Shown: in pieces, positions 8,751-18,124 of the stretch | How positions within the stretch are numbered: the first letter of the stretch is position 1 | Layout: each line of letters starts with the position of its first letter | Source of the DNA: Candidatus Oleimmundimicrobium americanum | GTDB taxonomy: Bacteria; Actinomycetota; Aquicultoria; UBA3085; Oleimmundimicrobiaceae | Direction of reading: 5' to 3' | Length of the DNA: 42,175 nt | NCBI GenBank assembly: GCA_002366545.1 | Contig: DFBH01000057.1 | Coordinates: 1 to 42,175 of the forward strand | Program-made: the position numbers and the translations under genes | Notes under the pieces: generated by a model | Seen by the model: the letters and a program-made list of their open reading frames with translations, nothing else | Told to the model about the DNA's origin: nothing | The model's database searches: none

Positions 8751-10787
8751 ATGAAAAAATTACCCCAAAACATGAGTGGGGATATATTAACAAGCCTATC
8801 AGATGAACTAATCGCTTTTGATAAAAATGATAAAATCATATTTATAAATTCCGCGGCAGAACAACTTCTTGGTATTAAACAAGAGGAAATTCTTAATAAG
8901 CACGGTAAAATATCCGATTTATTGGGCGTCAAGAAAACGAAAGACGATAAAGAAGCGCTAAAATGCTGGCAATATTTTAAATGTACGCATAAAAAATGTC
9001 CGGCATATAACAAAAAGGACCTTCGTTGCTGGCTATATTCAAATACATTTTGCGGGGGCGCCTTTAAGGGCACCTTTAAAGAAAAAATTGATGGGTGCAA
9101 AGAATGTAATCTGTTTAAGTTAAATGCTAAAGCAATAGAAGAAACGGGCATGCCATCCGTCGAACAAGTTATTACAACGAAGCCCAACAGCAAAATATTA
9201 AGAATAAAGACAGACCCGGTGCTCGATAAAACCGGAGAATTTCTTGGTTACGTTAAGTCTTTGCACGACATTACAACCGAAAAAGAAATTGATCGTCTAA
9301 AAAGCGAATTTGTTTCAACCGTTTCGCACGAACTTCGAACGCCACTGACATCTATTAAAGGTTACATAGATCTTCTTTTAGAAGAAGAAGCAGGCAAAGT
9401 TAACCAAACACAACAGGAATTTCTGCGCATTGTAAAACAAAATAATGACCGGCTTGTTAACCTAATCAATGATTTACTGGATGTATCGAGAATTGAATCC
9501 GGGCGAGTACATTTAAAAATTAAACCTCAAGATATAAATGATATTTTAACTGAAGTAATTGATACTTTTAAAACCCTCGCAAACCAAAAAAAACAAATTT
9601 TAAAATTTAAGAATTTAAATAACTTACCAAAAGTTGCGGCAGACCGCGACCGATTATCTCAGGTTGTAACCAACTTAATAAGCAACGCTATAAAATATAC
9701 GCCAACCGGGGGTACCATAGAGATCGAAACAACGCGGGAAAATGGTCTAATTGAAGTTTATGTAACTGACACGGGCATTGGAATATCTACGGAGGATCAA
9801 GAAAGTCTGTTTACAAAATTTTTCCGCGTTGACACCTCTCTTACTCGAGATGTAGGAGGAACCGGTTTAGGATTATCTATTTGTAAAACAATTATAGAAT
9901 TACACGGTGGGAAAATTTGGGTAAATAGTGCGCTTGGGAAAGGTAGCACGTTCGCCTTTTCTATCCCTTCCTATGAAACGGTTATAGAAAAGGAAATAAT
10001 AACGAGAAAAGAGCGCGGAATATCTCGGGAGGCCTTTATAAAAGGCAGAAAAATCCTTGTGGTGGATGATGAACCGGAAATTTCAATGCTCATTCAAATT
10101 TATCTTGAAAAAGAGGGTTACGATGTAATAAAAGCTTTTAGCGGCGAAGAAGCCGTCGAGGTGGCAAGACAAGAGAGACCCGATTTAATTACTCTGGATA
10201 TAATGATGGAAAAAATGGATGGATTTGAAGTCCTTCAAGAATTAAAAGATAGATCGGACACGGCTAACATACCTGTTATAATACTTTCAATTCTTTCAGA
10301 TGAATACAAGGGGATTAAACTGGGTGCCGTAGATTATCTCACAAAACCAATCAACGTTGATAAAATGTCAAAGACCATAAGCAATGTTCTCCAACATGCG
10401 GACATATCAAAGAAAATTTTAATAGTCGACGATGACCGTGATTTAGTAAGGTTAAGTCAAGAAATACTTACCAGTCGAGGTTATAATGTAATTACTGCAT
10501 ACAATGGCTTAGAGGGAATTATTGCGGCAAAAAAAGAGCATCCCGATCTTATTTTATTAGACATTAAAATGCCCGAGTTAAATGGTTACGAAGTCATCAA
10601 CAAGCTTAAAAAGGCAAAAGAAACTTCAAAAATACCTATCATTGTTATGACAGCTTACGAATTTGACAAAACTAAAACCAAAACGCTAAGCTTAGCTGAA
10701 GAACACGTTGTGAAGCCTTTTTCAATTGATACCATTGCGTCTAAAGTAAAAGAGATTGTTGAGGGAGGTTTAAAAGAGAATGAGTAA
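8751..10787 (+). CDS. Paralogous hybrid histidine kinase: PAS (7-Cys insert)-HisKA-HATPase-REC-REC
   Basis: SHELRTPL, NAIKYT, DTGIG, GTGLGL, two receivers. Confidence 0.93.
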   Translation: MKKLPQNMSGDILTSLSDELIAFDKNDKIIFINSAAEQLLGIKQEEILNKHGKISDLLGVKKTKDDKEALKCWQYFKCTHKKCPAYNKKDLRCWLYSNTFCGGAFKGTFKEKIDGCKECNLFKLNAKAIEETGMPSVEQVITTKPNSKILRIKTDPVLDKTGEFLGYVKSLHDITTEKEIDRLKSEFVSTVSHELRTPLTSIKGYIDLLLEEEAGKVNQTQQEFLRIVKQNNDRLVNLINDLLDVSRIESGRVHLKIKPQDINDILTEVIDTFKTLANQKKQILKFKNLNNLPKVAADRDRLSQVVTNLISNAIKYTPTGGTIEIETTRENGLIEVYVTDTGIGISTEDQESLFTKFFRVDTSLTRDVGGTGLGLSICKTIIELHGGKIWVNSALGKGSTFAFSIPSYETVIEKEIITRKERGISREAFIKGRKILVVDDEPEISMLIQIYLEKEGYDVIKAFSGEEAVEVARQERPDLITLDIMMEKMDGFEVLQELKDRSDTANIPVIILSILSDEYKGIKLGAVDYLTKPINVDKMSKTISNVLQHADISKKILIVDDDRDLVRLSQEILTSRGYNVITAYNGLEGIIAAKKEHPDLILLDIKMPELNGYEVINKLKKAKETSKIPIIVMTAYEFDKTKTKTLSLAEEHVVKPFSIDTIASKVKEIVEGGLKENE

Positions 10788-11172
10788 AGGCAAAATCTTA
10801 GTTGCAGATGATGAACCCGATATTGCAAAATTAATAGAGTTTACCCTTAAACGAAGAGGATTTGAGGTTATTTTAGTCTCAGATGGACAATCTGCAATTG
10901 ATACAGCAAAAAAAGAGCATCCCGATCTTATTTTGCTTGACGTAATTATGCCGGTTATTAATGGTTATGAAGTGTGCAGCCAACTAAAAAATTTTCCGGA
11001 AACTAAAAAAATTCCAATTATTATGTTGTCGGGAAAAACTCAAAAAACCGAAGTTGAGAAGGGGATTGAATTAGGAGCTTATAGTTATATTTGTAAACCT
11101 TTTAGCCCAAAAGAATTCGCGGACGCCATCGAAGATGTTTTTCGCGGAGATGAAAACAATGCCACCGATTAA
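10780..11172 (+). CDS. Single-domain response regulator
   Basis: VADDE, LLDVIMP, MLSG, CKPF. Confidence 0.93.
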   Translation: MSKGKILVADDEPDIAKLIEFTLKRRGFEVILVSDGQSAIDTAKKEHPDLILLDVIMPVINGYEVCSQLKNFPETKKIPIIMLSGKTQKTEVEKGIELGAYSYICKPFSPKEFADAIEDVFRGDENNATD

Positions 11173-11198
11173 AATTATTTTTTAATAAAATAATCGCT

Positions 11199-11230
11199 AA
11201 ACTGCTTCTTCGCGAAGGGGCAGTTTTTTT
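11199..11230 (+). terminator. Intrinsic terminator
   Basis: AAACTGCTTCTT-CGCG-AAGGGGCAGTTTTTTT. Confidence 0.85.
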
Positions 11231-11321
11231 GTAAAAATAGCGGGGGATGATGAAACTTTGCGTTTAGTTAATAAAAATAGGTTATATTTAATTTTAGATT
11301 AAAAAATAGGGATTGTACTAA

Positions 11322-11783
11322 ATGAATAAAGATGAAATAAAAATGTTGAAAAAAAATGTTGAAATTATTTTGCCCTGGGTTTTATTAACCATTGTTATAG
11401 TTATCGCCTCATTGATAGCAATCAATTCTTTCAGAGCTAACCAAACAGTTACCAAAAACACAAAAAATAAGAATAACAAAGAAATTGAGAAAAAAACCGA
11501 AAAAAATAAAGTTCAAGATACAAACGAAACAACGGTGATTTCTGAAAACAAAGATATAAAAAACAATGAGGATAAATATATCGGGAAAATCAAAATCCTT
11601 ATAAACAGTTTAAACTTACGTGATGCGCCATCAAAAAATTCAAGCGTTATAGGCAGAGTGAATAAAAACGAAATTTTATTCATAATCTCAGAAGAAAACG
11701 GCTGGTATAAAGCAACTAACGAAAAAGAAATAAACGGCTATGTGACCTCAAGCTCAAAGTATGTTGAATTAATCCAAGAATGA
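11322..11783 (+). CDS. Membrane-anchored SH3b-domain protein
   Basis: TM helix, K/N/E linker, LNLRDAPS..S.VIG...GWYK...GYV. Confidence 0.85.
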   Translation: MNKDEIKMLKKNVEIILPWVLLTIVIVIASLIAINSFRANQTVTKNTKNKNNKEIEKKTEKNKVQDTNETTVISENKDIKNNEDKYIGKIKILINSLNLRDAPSKNSSVIGRVNKNEILFIISEENGWYKATNEKEINGYVTSSSKYVELIQE

Positions 11784-11848
11784 TTCAAATCGATCTTGCC
11801 CTTATTTATGTCAATAGCTAAAAAAAGAAGATGATTTAAATACAACTT

Positions 11849-11876
11849 AGTTTACATAAGATATATTATCGGGCCT
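11849..11876 (-). other. dif: Chromosomal dif site (XerC/D)
   Basis: Minus strand AGGCCCGATAA-TATATC-TTATGTAAACT (11-6-11); intergenic between convergent genes at the orientation switch. Confidence 0.88.
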
Positions 11877-12228
11877 AAAATTTATTTTAAAATTCATCTT
11901 CTTAAGACCTACCCCTGCCCGCGTGCAACGCGCATGCAAATATCACTTTGGTTTATCTTAAAAGGTTAACCAATGAACTTAAAGAATTAAAAAAATCTCA
12001 CATACTTTATAATTTTGAATTTTCTGTTTTTGCATACCCGGTTTTTCTTATTCTTGCCAAAATCATAAAGTATGTTTAAAAAAATCTTAATCCATTTGTG
12101 AAATTTATGTAAATAACTAAAAAAAATAGATATTTAGCTGGGCAAATAAACTGAGTGCTCGTATAAGCGATTTTTTCTATATACCAATGGTTTTACATAT
12201 AGGATTTTAAGAAAAAAGATATAATTTA

Positions 12229-13251
12229 TTAGACAAGCAACTGGAGAGCATCTAATTGGTCTCTTGTCCCTATGGCAATTAAAAGATCTCCCTCATTTAT
12301 TCTTGTTGACGCTGAAGGGTTGGTGTTAAATTCACGCTTTCTTTTTATTGCTAAAATAAGAGTTCCTGTTTTGCTGCGAATATCTGCTTCAGCGATGGTT
12401 TTGTTGAGTATGCTTGAATTTTTTTTGACCTTAAGCTCCTCTAATTGAAATTCTAAACTATCTCCGTGTGTAACCACATCCAAATAATCGCAAACAATTG
12501 GCTTAATTACCAGAGATGCCATTCTTTTTCCGCCAATTACGGTTGGTGATATTGCTCTATCCGCTCCCGCCTTCTTTAATTTTCCCTCCGATTCTTCGGA
12601 ATTTGCCCTTGCAACAACAAAAATTTTTGGATTTAAAGATTTAGCCGATAAAACAACGAAAACATTATCTGCATCTGTATCAATGGCCGCAATTAAGCCC
12701 TTGGCTTTTGCGATACCGGCTAACTCCAAAGTCTTGTCGTCTGTTGCATCCCCATCAATGAACAAAAAATCATTTTCTTCATATTTAAGTGTCATTTCCG
12801 GGTTGTTTTCTATAACAACAAATTTGATCTTTCTTTTTTTAAGTTCTTTTGCCACTTCTTGTCCAACCCTGCCGAACCCGCAAAGTATGTAATGACCTTT
12901 TAAGCTTTCAATCTTTTTTTTCATTTTTCTTTCTCCTACTATTCCCCTAAGATGTCCTTCAACCAAAAACTCTATAACTATACCTAAAGCATAAACACCG
13001 GTTCCAACTCCCCCCACTATCAAACATAAAGTAAATATCTTACCGGCGGAAGAAAGCGATTTAACTTCGCGAAAACCCACTGTTGTAATTGTAATAACCG
13101 TCATGTAAAGAGCATCAAGTACGGGCCAATTTTCAATTAAGACGTATCCGGCGACACCGATAGTTAAGACAAACAAAAAAAGAGTTGAAGCTAATTTAAG
13201 TCTGGATATTATGCTCAAACTATCGCGAGTTTTAAATTCCCGTGCTTCCAA
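12229..13251 (-). CDS. Potassium channel with RCK (TrkA-N/C) domains
   Basis: TITTVGF filter between two TMs; GFGRVG Rossmann motif; TrkA-C. Confidence 0.92.
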   Translation of the reverse strand: MEAREFKTRDSLSIISRLKLASTLFLFVLTIGVAGYVLIENWPVLDALYMTVITITTVGFREVKSLSSAGKIFTLCLIVGGVGTGVYALGIVIEFLVEGHLRGIVGERKMKKKIESLKGHYILCGFGRVGQEVAKELKKRKIKFVVIENNPEMTLKYEENDFLFIDGDATDDKTLELAGIAKAKGLIAAIDTDADNVFVVLSAKSLNPKIFVVARANSEESEGKLKKAGADRAISPTVIGGKRMASLVIKPIVCDYLDVVTHGDSLEFQLEELKVKKNSSILNKTIAEADIRSKTGTLILAIKRKREFNTNPSASTRINEGDLLIAIGTRDQLDALQLLV

Positions 13252-13663
13252 AACCGTTATTTCCCCTCACTGTATCATCTAACTCCGGGACAACTTTAAA
13301 GTAGGGAGTTTCTGTTTTTTGTATTACCAATTGGCAAATCTTATCGCCTTTTTTAATTTTAAAAGACTTCTTACCATCTGTGTTTATTAAAATTGCACAT
13401 ATTTCTCCCCTGTACTTTGAATCAATTAATCCTGGTGTGTTTACCAAGCTTATTCCGTGTTTTATTGCTAAGCCGGAACGCGGTTGGACAAACCCAGCAT
13501 AACCTTGAGGAATTGAGATGGCAATACCGGTTGGAACGAGTGCCCTCTCGCCGGGCATTAAAGTTACATCAACCCTGCTATATAAGTCACAGCCTGCATC
13601 TCCTTCATGTGCGTTTTTGGGTATTGGTAAGCTTTCATCTAATAATTTCAATTTTATTTCCAT
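13232..13663 (-). CDS. dut: Trimeric dUTPase
   Basis: AGCDL, PRSGLA, GLIDSKYRGE, RG..GFGSTG. Confidence 0.96.
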   Translation of the reverse strand: MEIKLKLLDESLPIPKNAHEGDAGCDLYSRVDVTLMPGERALVPTGIAISIPQGYAGFVQPRSGLAIKHGISLVNTPGLIDSKYRGEICAILINTDGKKSFKIKKGDKICQLVIQKTETPYFKVVPELDDTVRGNNGFGSTGI

Positions 13664-13698
13664 AAAAATCCCCTTTGGTTTGCGTTAAATTATAAAAA

Positions 13699-14430
13699 CT
13701 ATCCGCGAAAATCAGTAGCCAAAAATTGGCGACATTTTTTTGTCAAATTTATGAGCATTTCTCTTTTAAAAGGTTTTGTTTTTGCCAAACTAAAATCCAA
13801 AGTTATTTTGGGGTTAAACTGCTGTAAATAATAGTGTTGGGCATCTCTTTTGCCTAAATAATCGGCCATCTTAAGCACGTCTTCTTCTTCCACCAACCCG
13901 GGAACCACGGTGCTTCTAAACTCGTGAGCGATATTTGACTTAATTATTAAATCAATACTTTCTTTAATATTTTCAATATTTACAGAAACTCCTGTTGCTT
14001 TTGGGTAATTTTCAAAACTGGACTTAACATCCATGGCGATAAAATCAATTAATTTTTCTTGAATCAACCGAGAGAGAACCCGAGGCCGGGTCCCATTGGT
14101 ATCCAGTTTTACCGGATAGTCCATTTTTTTTAATGTGGATGCGAAGTTCCGTAATCCATCATTTATGGTAGGTTCTCCCCCGGTGATTACCACCCCATCA
14201 AGCCATTCTTTTTTAGCTTTAAGATGCTGCTCTACTTTATTCCACAGAACTAAAGGCTGCTTCTTTGGAAACAAAACAAGTTCCGGATTGTGACAAAAAG
14301 GACATCTGAAATTACATCCACCAACAAATAACGTACAAGCAACCTTGCCCTTCCAATCAAGCATCGTAACGGGTATTATTCCTCTTAACTCAATTATCGA
14401 GTTGTCTACACAAAGACTTGTTTTATGCAT
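13699..14430 (-). CDS. nrdG: Anaerobic RNR activating radical SAM enzyme
   Basis: GCNFRCPFCHN, TGGEPT, KLDTNG. Confidence 0.9.
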   Translation of the reverse strand: MHKTSLCVDNSIIELRGIIPVTMLDWKGKVACTLFVGGCNFRCPFCHNPELVLFPKKQPLVLWNKVEQHLKAKKEWLDGVVITGGEPTINDGLRNFASTLKKMDYPVKLDTNGTRPRVLSRLIQEKLIDFIAMDVKSSFENYPKATGVSVNIENIKESIDLIIKSNIAHEFRSTVVPGLVEEEDVLKMADYLGKRDAQHYYLQQFNPKITLDFSLAKTKPFKREMLINLTKKCRQFLATDFRG

Positions 14431-14673
14431 CTAACAAACTTTCTTTAATTCCTCAATTTTTGGAACTATCCCTCGCCATCCCATTATTTCCTTACCTATT
14501 TCATCGGTAATAACTATGGAGGGCGTGGACATTACTCCATAAAACGCTGCCTCCGCAAGTCCTTCTACTTCGCCTACATCGAAAAACTCAACATTTTTAA
14601 GCTGAGCAACCAATGCTTTTGCTTCCGGGCACCGCGGACAATCCTTCTTTGTAAAAAGCTTCACCTTTGCCAT
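14431..14673 (-). CDS. Small thioredoxin/glutaredoxin-like protein (NrdH-like)
   Basis: CPRC motif, VMSTP cis-Pro, GAGGAGG RBS. Confidence 0.87.
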   Translation of the reverse strand: MAKVKLFTKKDCPRCPEAKALVAQLKNVEFFDVGEVEGLAEAAFYGVMSTPSIVITDEIGKEIMGWRGIVPKIEELKKVC

Positions 14674-16795
14674 TTTTATCCTCCTCTAAATTTGTTCTTG
14701 TTCTATCTTTAATTTCTGCGATTTTTCCTTTATTCCAAGTTGAAACCTTTGAAAAATACCCCACAATTCTTGTAATGCCATAAACATCATCTGAATCACA
14801 TAAGGGACAATTGCTCAAAAGACCTCTGGAAGTTCTACAGCAACTATTGCAAACGGTAAATTCCGGACTAAACGCAACCTGAGCTGCGCTGGTATTTTTG
14901 AAGGCCTTTACAACAAAGCTCTTAATTGCCTGTGGATCTGGCTCGTGCTCCCCCAACCATACATGTACTATCGCGCCGGCTTCGATTAATGGGTGAAATA
15001 AACTTTGTTTTTCAACTCTTTCGATGTAGTCAATATCTGCATCCACGGGAAGGTGAACGCTATTTGTGTAGTAATACTCCCCATTCTCAAGGCCCCCCTT
15101 AATAACTTTTCTGGTTTGACGAGGGTAATATTTCATATCTAACTTAGCAAGCCTGTATCCACTTGATTCAGCGGGAGATTCTTCAAGTATAAGATGTATC
15201 CCGTATTGCTCAGATAACTGCTTACACTTTAAACTCATGTGAGAGATAATCTTTAACCCAAACTTTAGGGCTTTGTCGGATTCGTGAAGTTGTTCACCCT
15301 CATGAGCTTCAACCATCTCGTTGAGACCAAAAACACCCGCTAAGTAAGTCAGACGTTCCATCTTTAAATACGGTTCTCCATCTTTATCATCAGACAACAT
15401 TGCAAGCGGACCATTTTTGCCAAGTTCCATTAAACTTTTAATAAATTCCTTTTTTTGCATATGCGCCTTCGCAACAATCTCAAGAGCCCTGTTTAATTCC
15501 ATAAAAAGTAATTGGTCATTTCCTTGAGCCTTATAGGCTATTCTGGGTAAATTTATGGTGATATTTTGAAGCGCCGAAAAACGCATTTTCTCGGGTGTCT
15601 TTGTCTCGCTTAAATCTTTCTCGTTTAATTTCAACTTTAACCTGCAACATTGAGATACCGTTACTTCGTCTCCCCTGTCAAAAACAAAGTAGGTAATTCC
15701 CTGTTTGCTTGCTACCTTGCAGGCTAAATCTAAAAATTCCTCATGTCCCTTGGTTCTAAAGAAATCTTTATTTATGTGAAGCAGCGGTTTGGGGAAAACA
15801 AAAGTTTTACCCATTGCGTCGCCCTTTAAATAAACTTCAAACATAGCCCTTAAAAACATCTGAGCTTCTTTTTCGTATTCCTTATATGTTTTACCGGTAT
15901 ATTTTCCTCCGGGGCCAATAGCTTCCGTATCTCTAAAATGAGCGGGGATATTCCAATATAAATTGAAATCCGTGAATACAACTTGAGAACCTCTTGCTCC
16001 TGCCAACTGATTGAACTCAAATATCAACATCTGAGCAAGCTGCTTTATTTCTCCATACGGGCGATCAACAAGGTAGGGCGCAAAAAACATGTTAACAGCT
16101 TCCCATCCAATTGCGCCTGCATAGTGAGACTGCAGCGAAGAAGCCATTTTAACCATATGTCCTATAAGAACTTCAGCGTGTTTTGCCGGTTTAGAAGTAC
16201 TGGTAATGTTGGGAAGGCTCAATCCGTATTTCTTTATATATTCCAGTGAATGCCCACCGCAGTATGGCCTTACAATAAAACCTAAATCATGAAGATGAAT
16301 GTCCCCCACCAGATGAGAAAGCGCTACATCCTCACTAAATACTCGTCTTAAAGCAAACTCTTTAAGAATAGTTTCAGCAATGGTTAAGTTAATTGATTCC
16401 GGATTATGGGTAGTATTGCTGTTTTCTTTATTTGCACTAAAGATTATTTGTTCCGCGTCATACATGGGGAGCCCAAGATGAGAATGTCTCTTATGCGCAA
16501 TGGTCAGGCCACGCTGGATTAGTTCAATATCAATTAATTCCCTAATAATGCTCGTCGTAATTTCTTGAAGACTGCTATTTAAAATTTTTCGCTCAACTGC
16601 ATCAGCAATTTCATTCGCGAGTTTGCCGGTTATGTTCGTTTCTTTAATTAAAGAATCTGCTATCTTTCCTTTATCCCAAGCATTTATCTCTTGTTGTGAC
16701 GATGTACTCACCAAGAGAGCAATATCCGTTGTATCGTCCGCTTTCTCTGCAATTGTTTTAATTACCTTGATCGTCTTTTCCGGCATAACTGTCAA
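14597..16795 (-). CDS. nrdD: Class III ribonucleoside-triphosphate reductase with ATP cone
   Basis: GDIHLHDL..PYC, SQCCRL, ESPAES, YYTNS, C-terminal Zn ribbon and RIVGYF glycyl-radical motif. Confidence 0.95.
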   Translation of the reverse strand: MTVMPEKTIKVIKTIAEKADDTTDIALLVSTSSQQEINAWDKGKIADSLIKETNITGKLANEIADAVERKILNSSLQEITTSIIRELIDIELIQRGLTIAHKRHSHLGLPMYDAEQIIFSANKENSNTTHNPESINLTIAETILKEFALRRVFSEDVALSHLVGDIHLHDLGFIVRPYCGGHSLEYIKKYGLSLPNITSTSKPAKHAEVLIGHMVKMASSLQSHYAGAIGWEAVNMFFAPYLVDRPYGEIKQLAQMLIFEFNQLAGARGSQVVFTDFNLYWNIPAHFRDTEAIGPGGKYTGKTYKEYEKEAQMFLRAMFEVYLKGDAMGKTFVFPKPLLHINKDFFRTKGHEEFLDLACKVASKQGITYFVFDRGDEVTVSQCCRLKLKLNEKDLSETKTPEKMRFSALQNITINLPRIAYKAQGNDQLLFMELNRALEIVAKAHMQKKEFIKSLMELGKNGPLAMLSDDKDGEPYLKMERLTYLAGVFGLNEMVEAHEGEQLHESDKALKFGLKIISHMSLKCKQLSEQYGIHLILEESPAESSGYRLAKLDMKYYPRQTRKVIKGGLENGEYYYTNSVHLPVDADIDYIERVEKQSLFHPLIEAGAIVHVWLGEHEPDPQAIKSFVVKAFKNTSAAQVAFSPEFTVCNSCCRTSRGLLSNCPLCDSDDVYGITRIVGYFSKVSTWNKGKIAEIKDRTRTNLEEDKNGKGEAFYKEGLSAVPGSKSIGCSA

Positions 16796-16810
16796 CCCCC
16801 CATTAGTTTA

Positions 16811-17257
16811 TTATTGCAATCTTTTAAGTTCAGCTAAAAACTCATCAATGTCTTTAAATTCTCTGTAAACCGATGCAAATCTAACATAAGCTACCTTATC
16901 CATGTCTTTGAGGTGCGTTAAAATCATCTCACCTAATTCTTTTGAGGAAATTTCGTACTTAAATTCATTTTTAAGCTGAATCTCAATATCCGATACAATT
17001 TTTTCCAATTGCGATGCCGGAACCTGTCTTTTTGCCGTTGCCCTTCCCAGCCCCGCAATCAGTTTTCCTCTATCAAACGGTGCGCGAGTTCCGTCTTTCT
17101 TTATTACGGTAAGAGGAATATCCTCAATTCTTTCAAAAGTTGTAAAACGCTGAGAACACTTCATGCATTCTCTTCTTCGACGAATCGAATCACCCGAATC
17201 AGTTGCCCGTGAATCTACCACCCTAGTATCTAAATTCCCGCAAAATGGACACTTCAC
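16811..17257 (-). CDS. nrdR: Transcriptional repressor NrdR
   Basis: MKCPFC...RRRREC..C..RFTTFE, ATP cone, VAYVRFASVY. Confidence 0.98.
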   Translation of the reverse strand: MKCPFCGNLDTRVVDSRATDSGDSIRRRRECMKCSQRFTTFERIEDIPLTVIKKDGTRAPFDRGKLIAGLGRATAKRQVPASQLEKIVSDIEIQLKNEFKYEISSKELGEMILTHLKDMDKVAYVRFASVYREFKDIDEFLAELKRLQ

Positions 17258-17287
17258 AGCTTTTCCACCTTTTCTTCACATCTTTAT

Positions 17288-17333
17288 CCACAAGATATTG
17301 AAAATAAACCATTAAAAAATCTATATCTTGTAT
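17288..17333. promoter_or_regulatory. Tandem NrdR boxes
   Basis: Cores CAAGATATTG (17291-17300) and CTATATCTTG (17321-17330), 30 bp apart, resembling CWATATATWG. Confidence 0.75.
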
Positions 17334-17396
17334 ATATTATCGACAATGAGTAAAAATATCAATACGAATATTCTAATATTTTTAAAAAACTTTAAC

Positions 17397-17436
17397 CGAA
17401 CTAACGTTTGCGCCCCATTTAAAGTATTGCTATAAT
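17397..17436 (+). promoter_or_regulatory. lexA promoter with Gram-positive-type SOS box
   Basis: CGAAC-TAAC-GTTTG overlapping TTGCGC-N17-(TG)TATAAT. Confidence 0.75.
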
Positions 17437-17459
17437 TTAAAAGAAAAAAATAAGGGAGA

Positions 17460-18089
17460 ATGCCCGTGTTCAATGAAAAACCTTTAACTGAAAGACAATG
17501 CCAAATTTTAGATTTTATTCTTAGCGAAATCCACAGAAAAGGGTATCCTCCCTCTGTTCGGGATATTGGAAAAGCGGTTGGTCTTTCATCGTCTTCAACC
17601 GTTCACAGTCATCTTTCATCCTTGGAAGAAAAAGGATATATTCGCCGAGATTCGACTAAACCTCGAGCAATTGAAGTTCTTAATTTTAGAGAGGAAGAAA
17701 TTGGTCTTCCTCCAAGTAAAATAAGAAGTGTTCCGGTCGTGGGCCAAATTGCGGCAGGAATTCCCTTGTTGGCTCAGGAAAACATCGAAGACACCCTTCC
17801 CCTCCCCGTCGAAATGGCCGGTAAAAATACATTTATCTTAAAAGTAAAGGGTGAAAGCATGATTGGCGCCGGAATCTTTGATGGTGATTATCTTGTCGTA
17901 AGACAACAAAAAACTGCGGAAAACGGAGATATTGTAGTCGCTCTAATTGGAGAAGAAGCAACCGTTAAAAGATTTTTCAAAGAAAAGGACGGGATAAGGC
18001 TTCAACCCGAAAACCCAATCATGAAACCGATAATCACAAAAGAAATAGCTATCCTTGGTAAGGCAATATCGCTATTTCGCCTTCTTTAA
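17460..18089 (+). CDS. lexA: SOS repressor LexA
   Basis: [22 protein letters not shown] cleavage site, GESM, TVK. Confidence 0.97.
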   Translation: MPVFNEKPLTERQCQILDFILSEIHRKGYPPSVRDIGKAVGLSSSSTVHSHLSSLEEKGYIRRDSTKPRAIEVLNFREEEIGLPPSKIRSVPVVGQIAAGIPLLAQENIEDTLPLPVEMAGKNTFILKVKGESMIGAGIFDGDYLVVRQQKTAENGDIVVALIGEEATVKRFFKEKDGIRLQPENPIMKPIITKEIAILGKAISLFRLL

Positions 18090-18124
18090 ATCTAATAATT
18101 AAACCTGCAGCAACAATCCCGGCT

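Noticed and set aside
11905-11940. GC-rich CGCGT-GCA-ACGCG hairpin near dif
   Set aside because: Single 5-bp stem with no U tract or second copy; function unsupported
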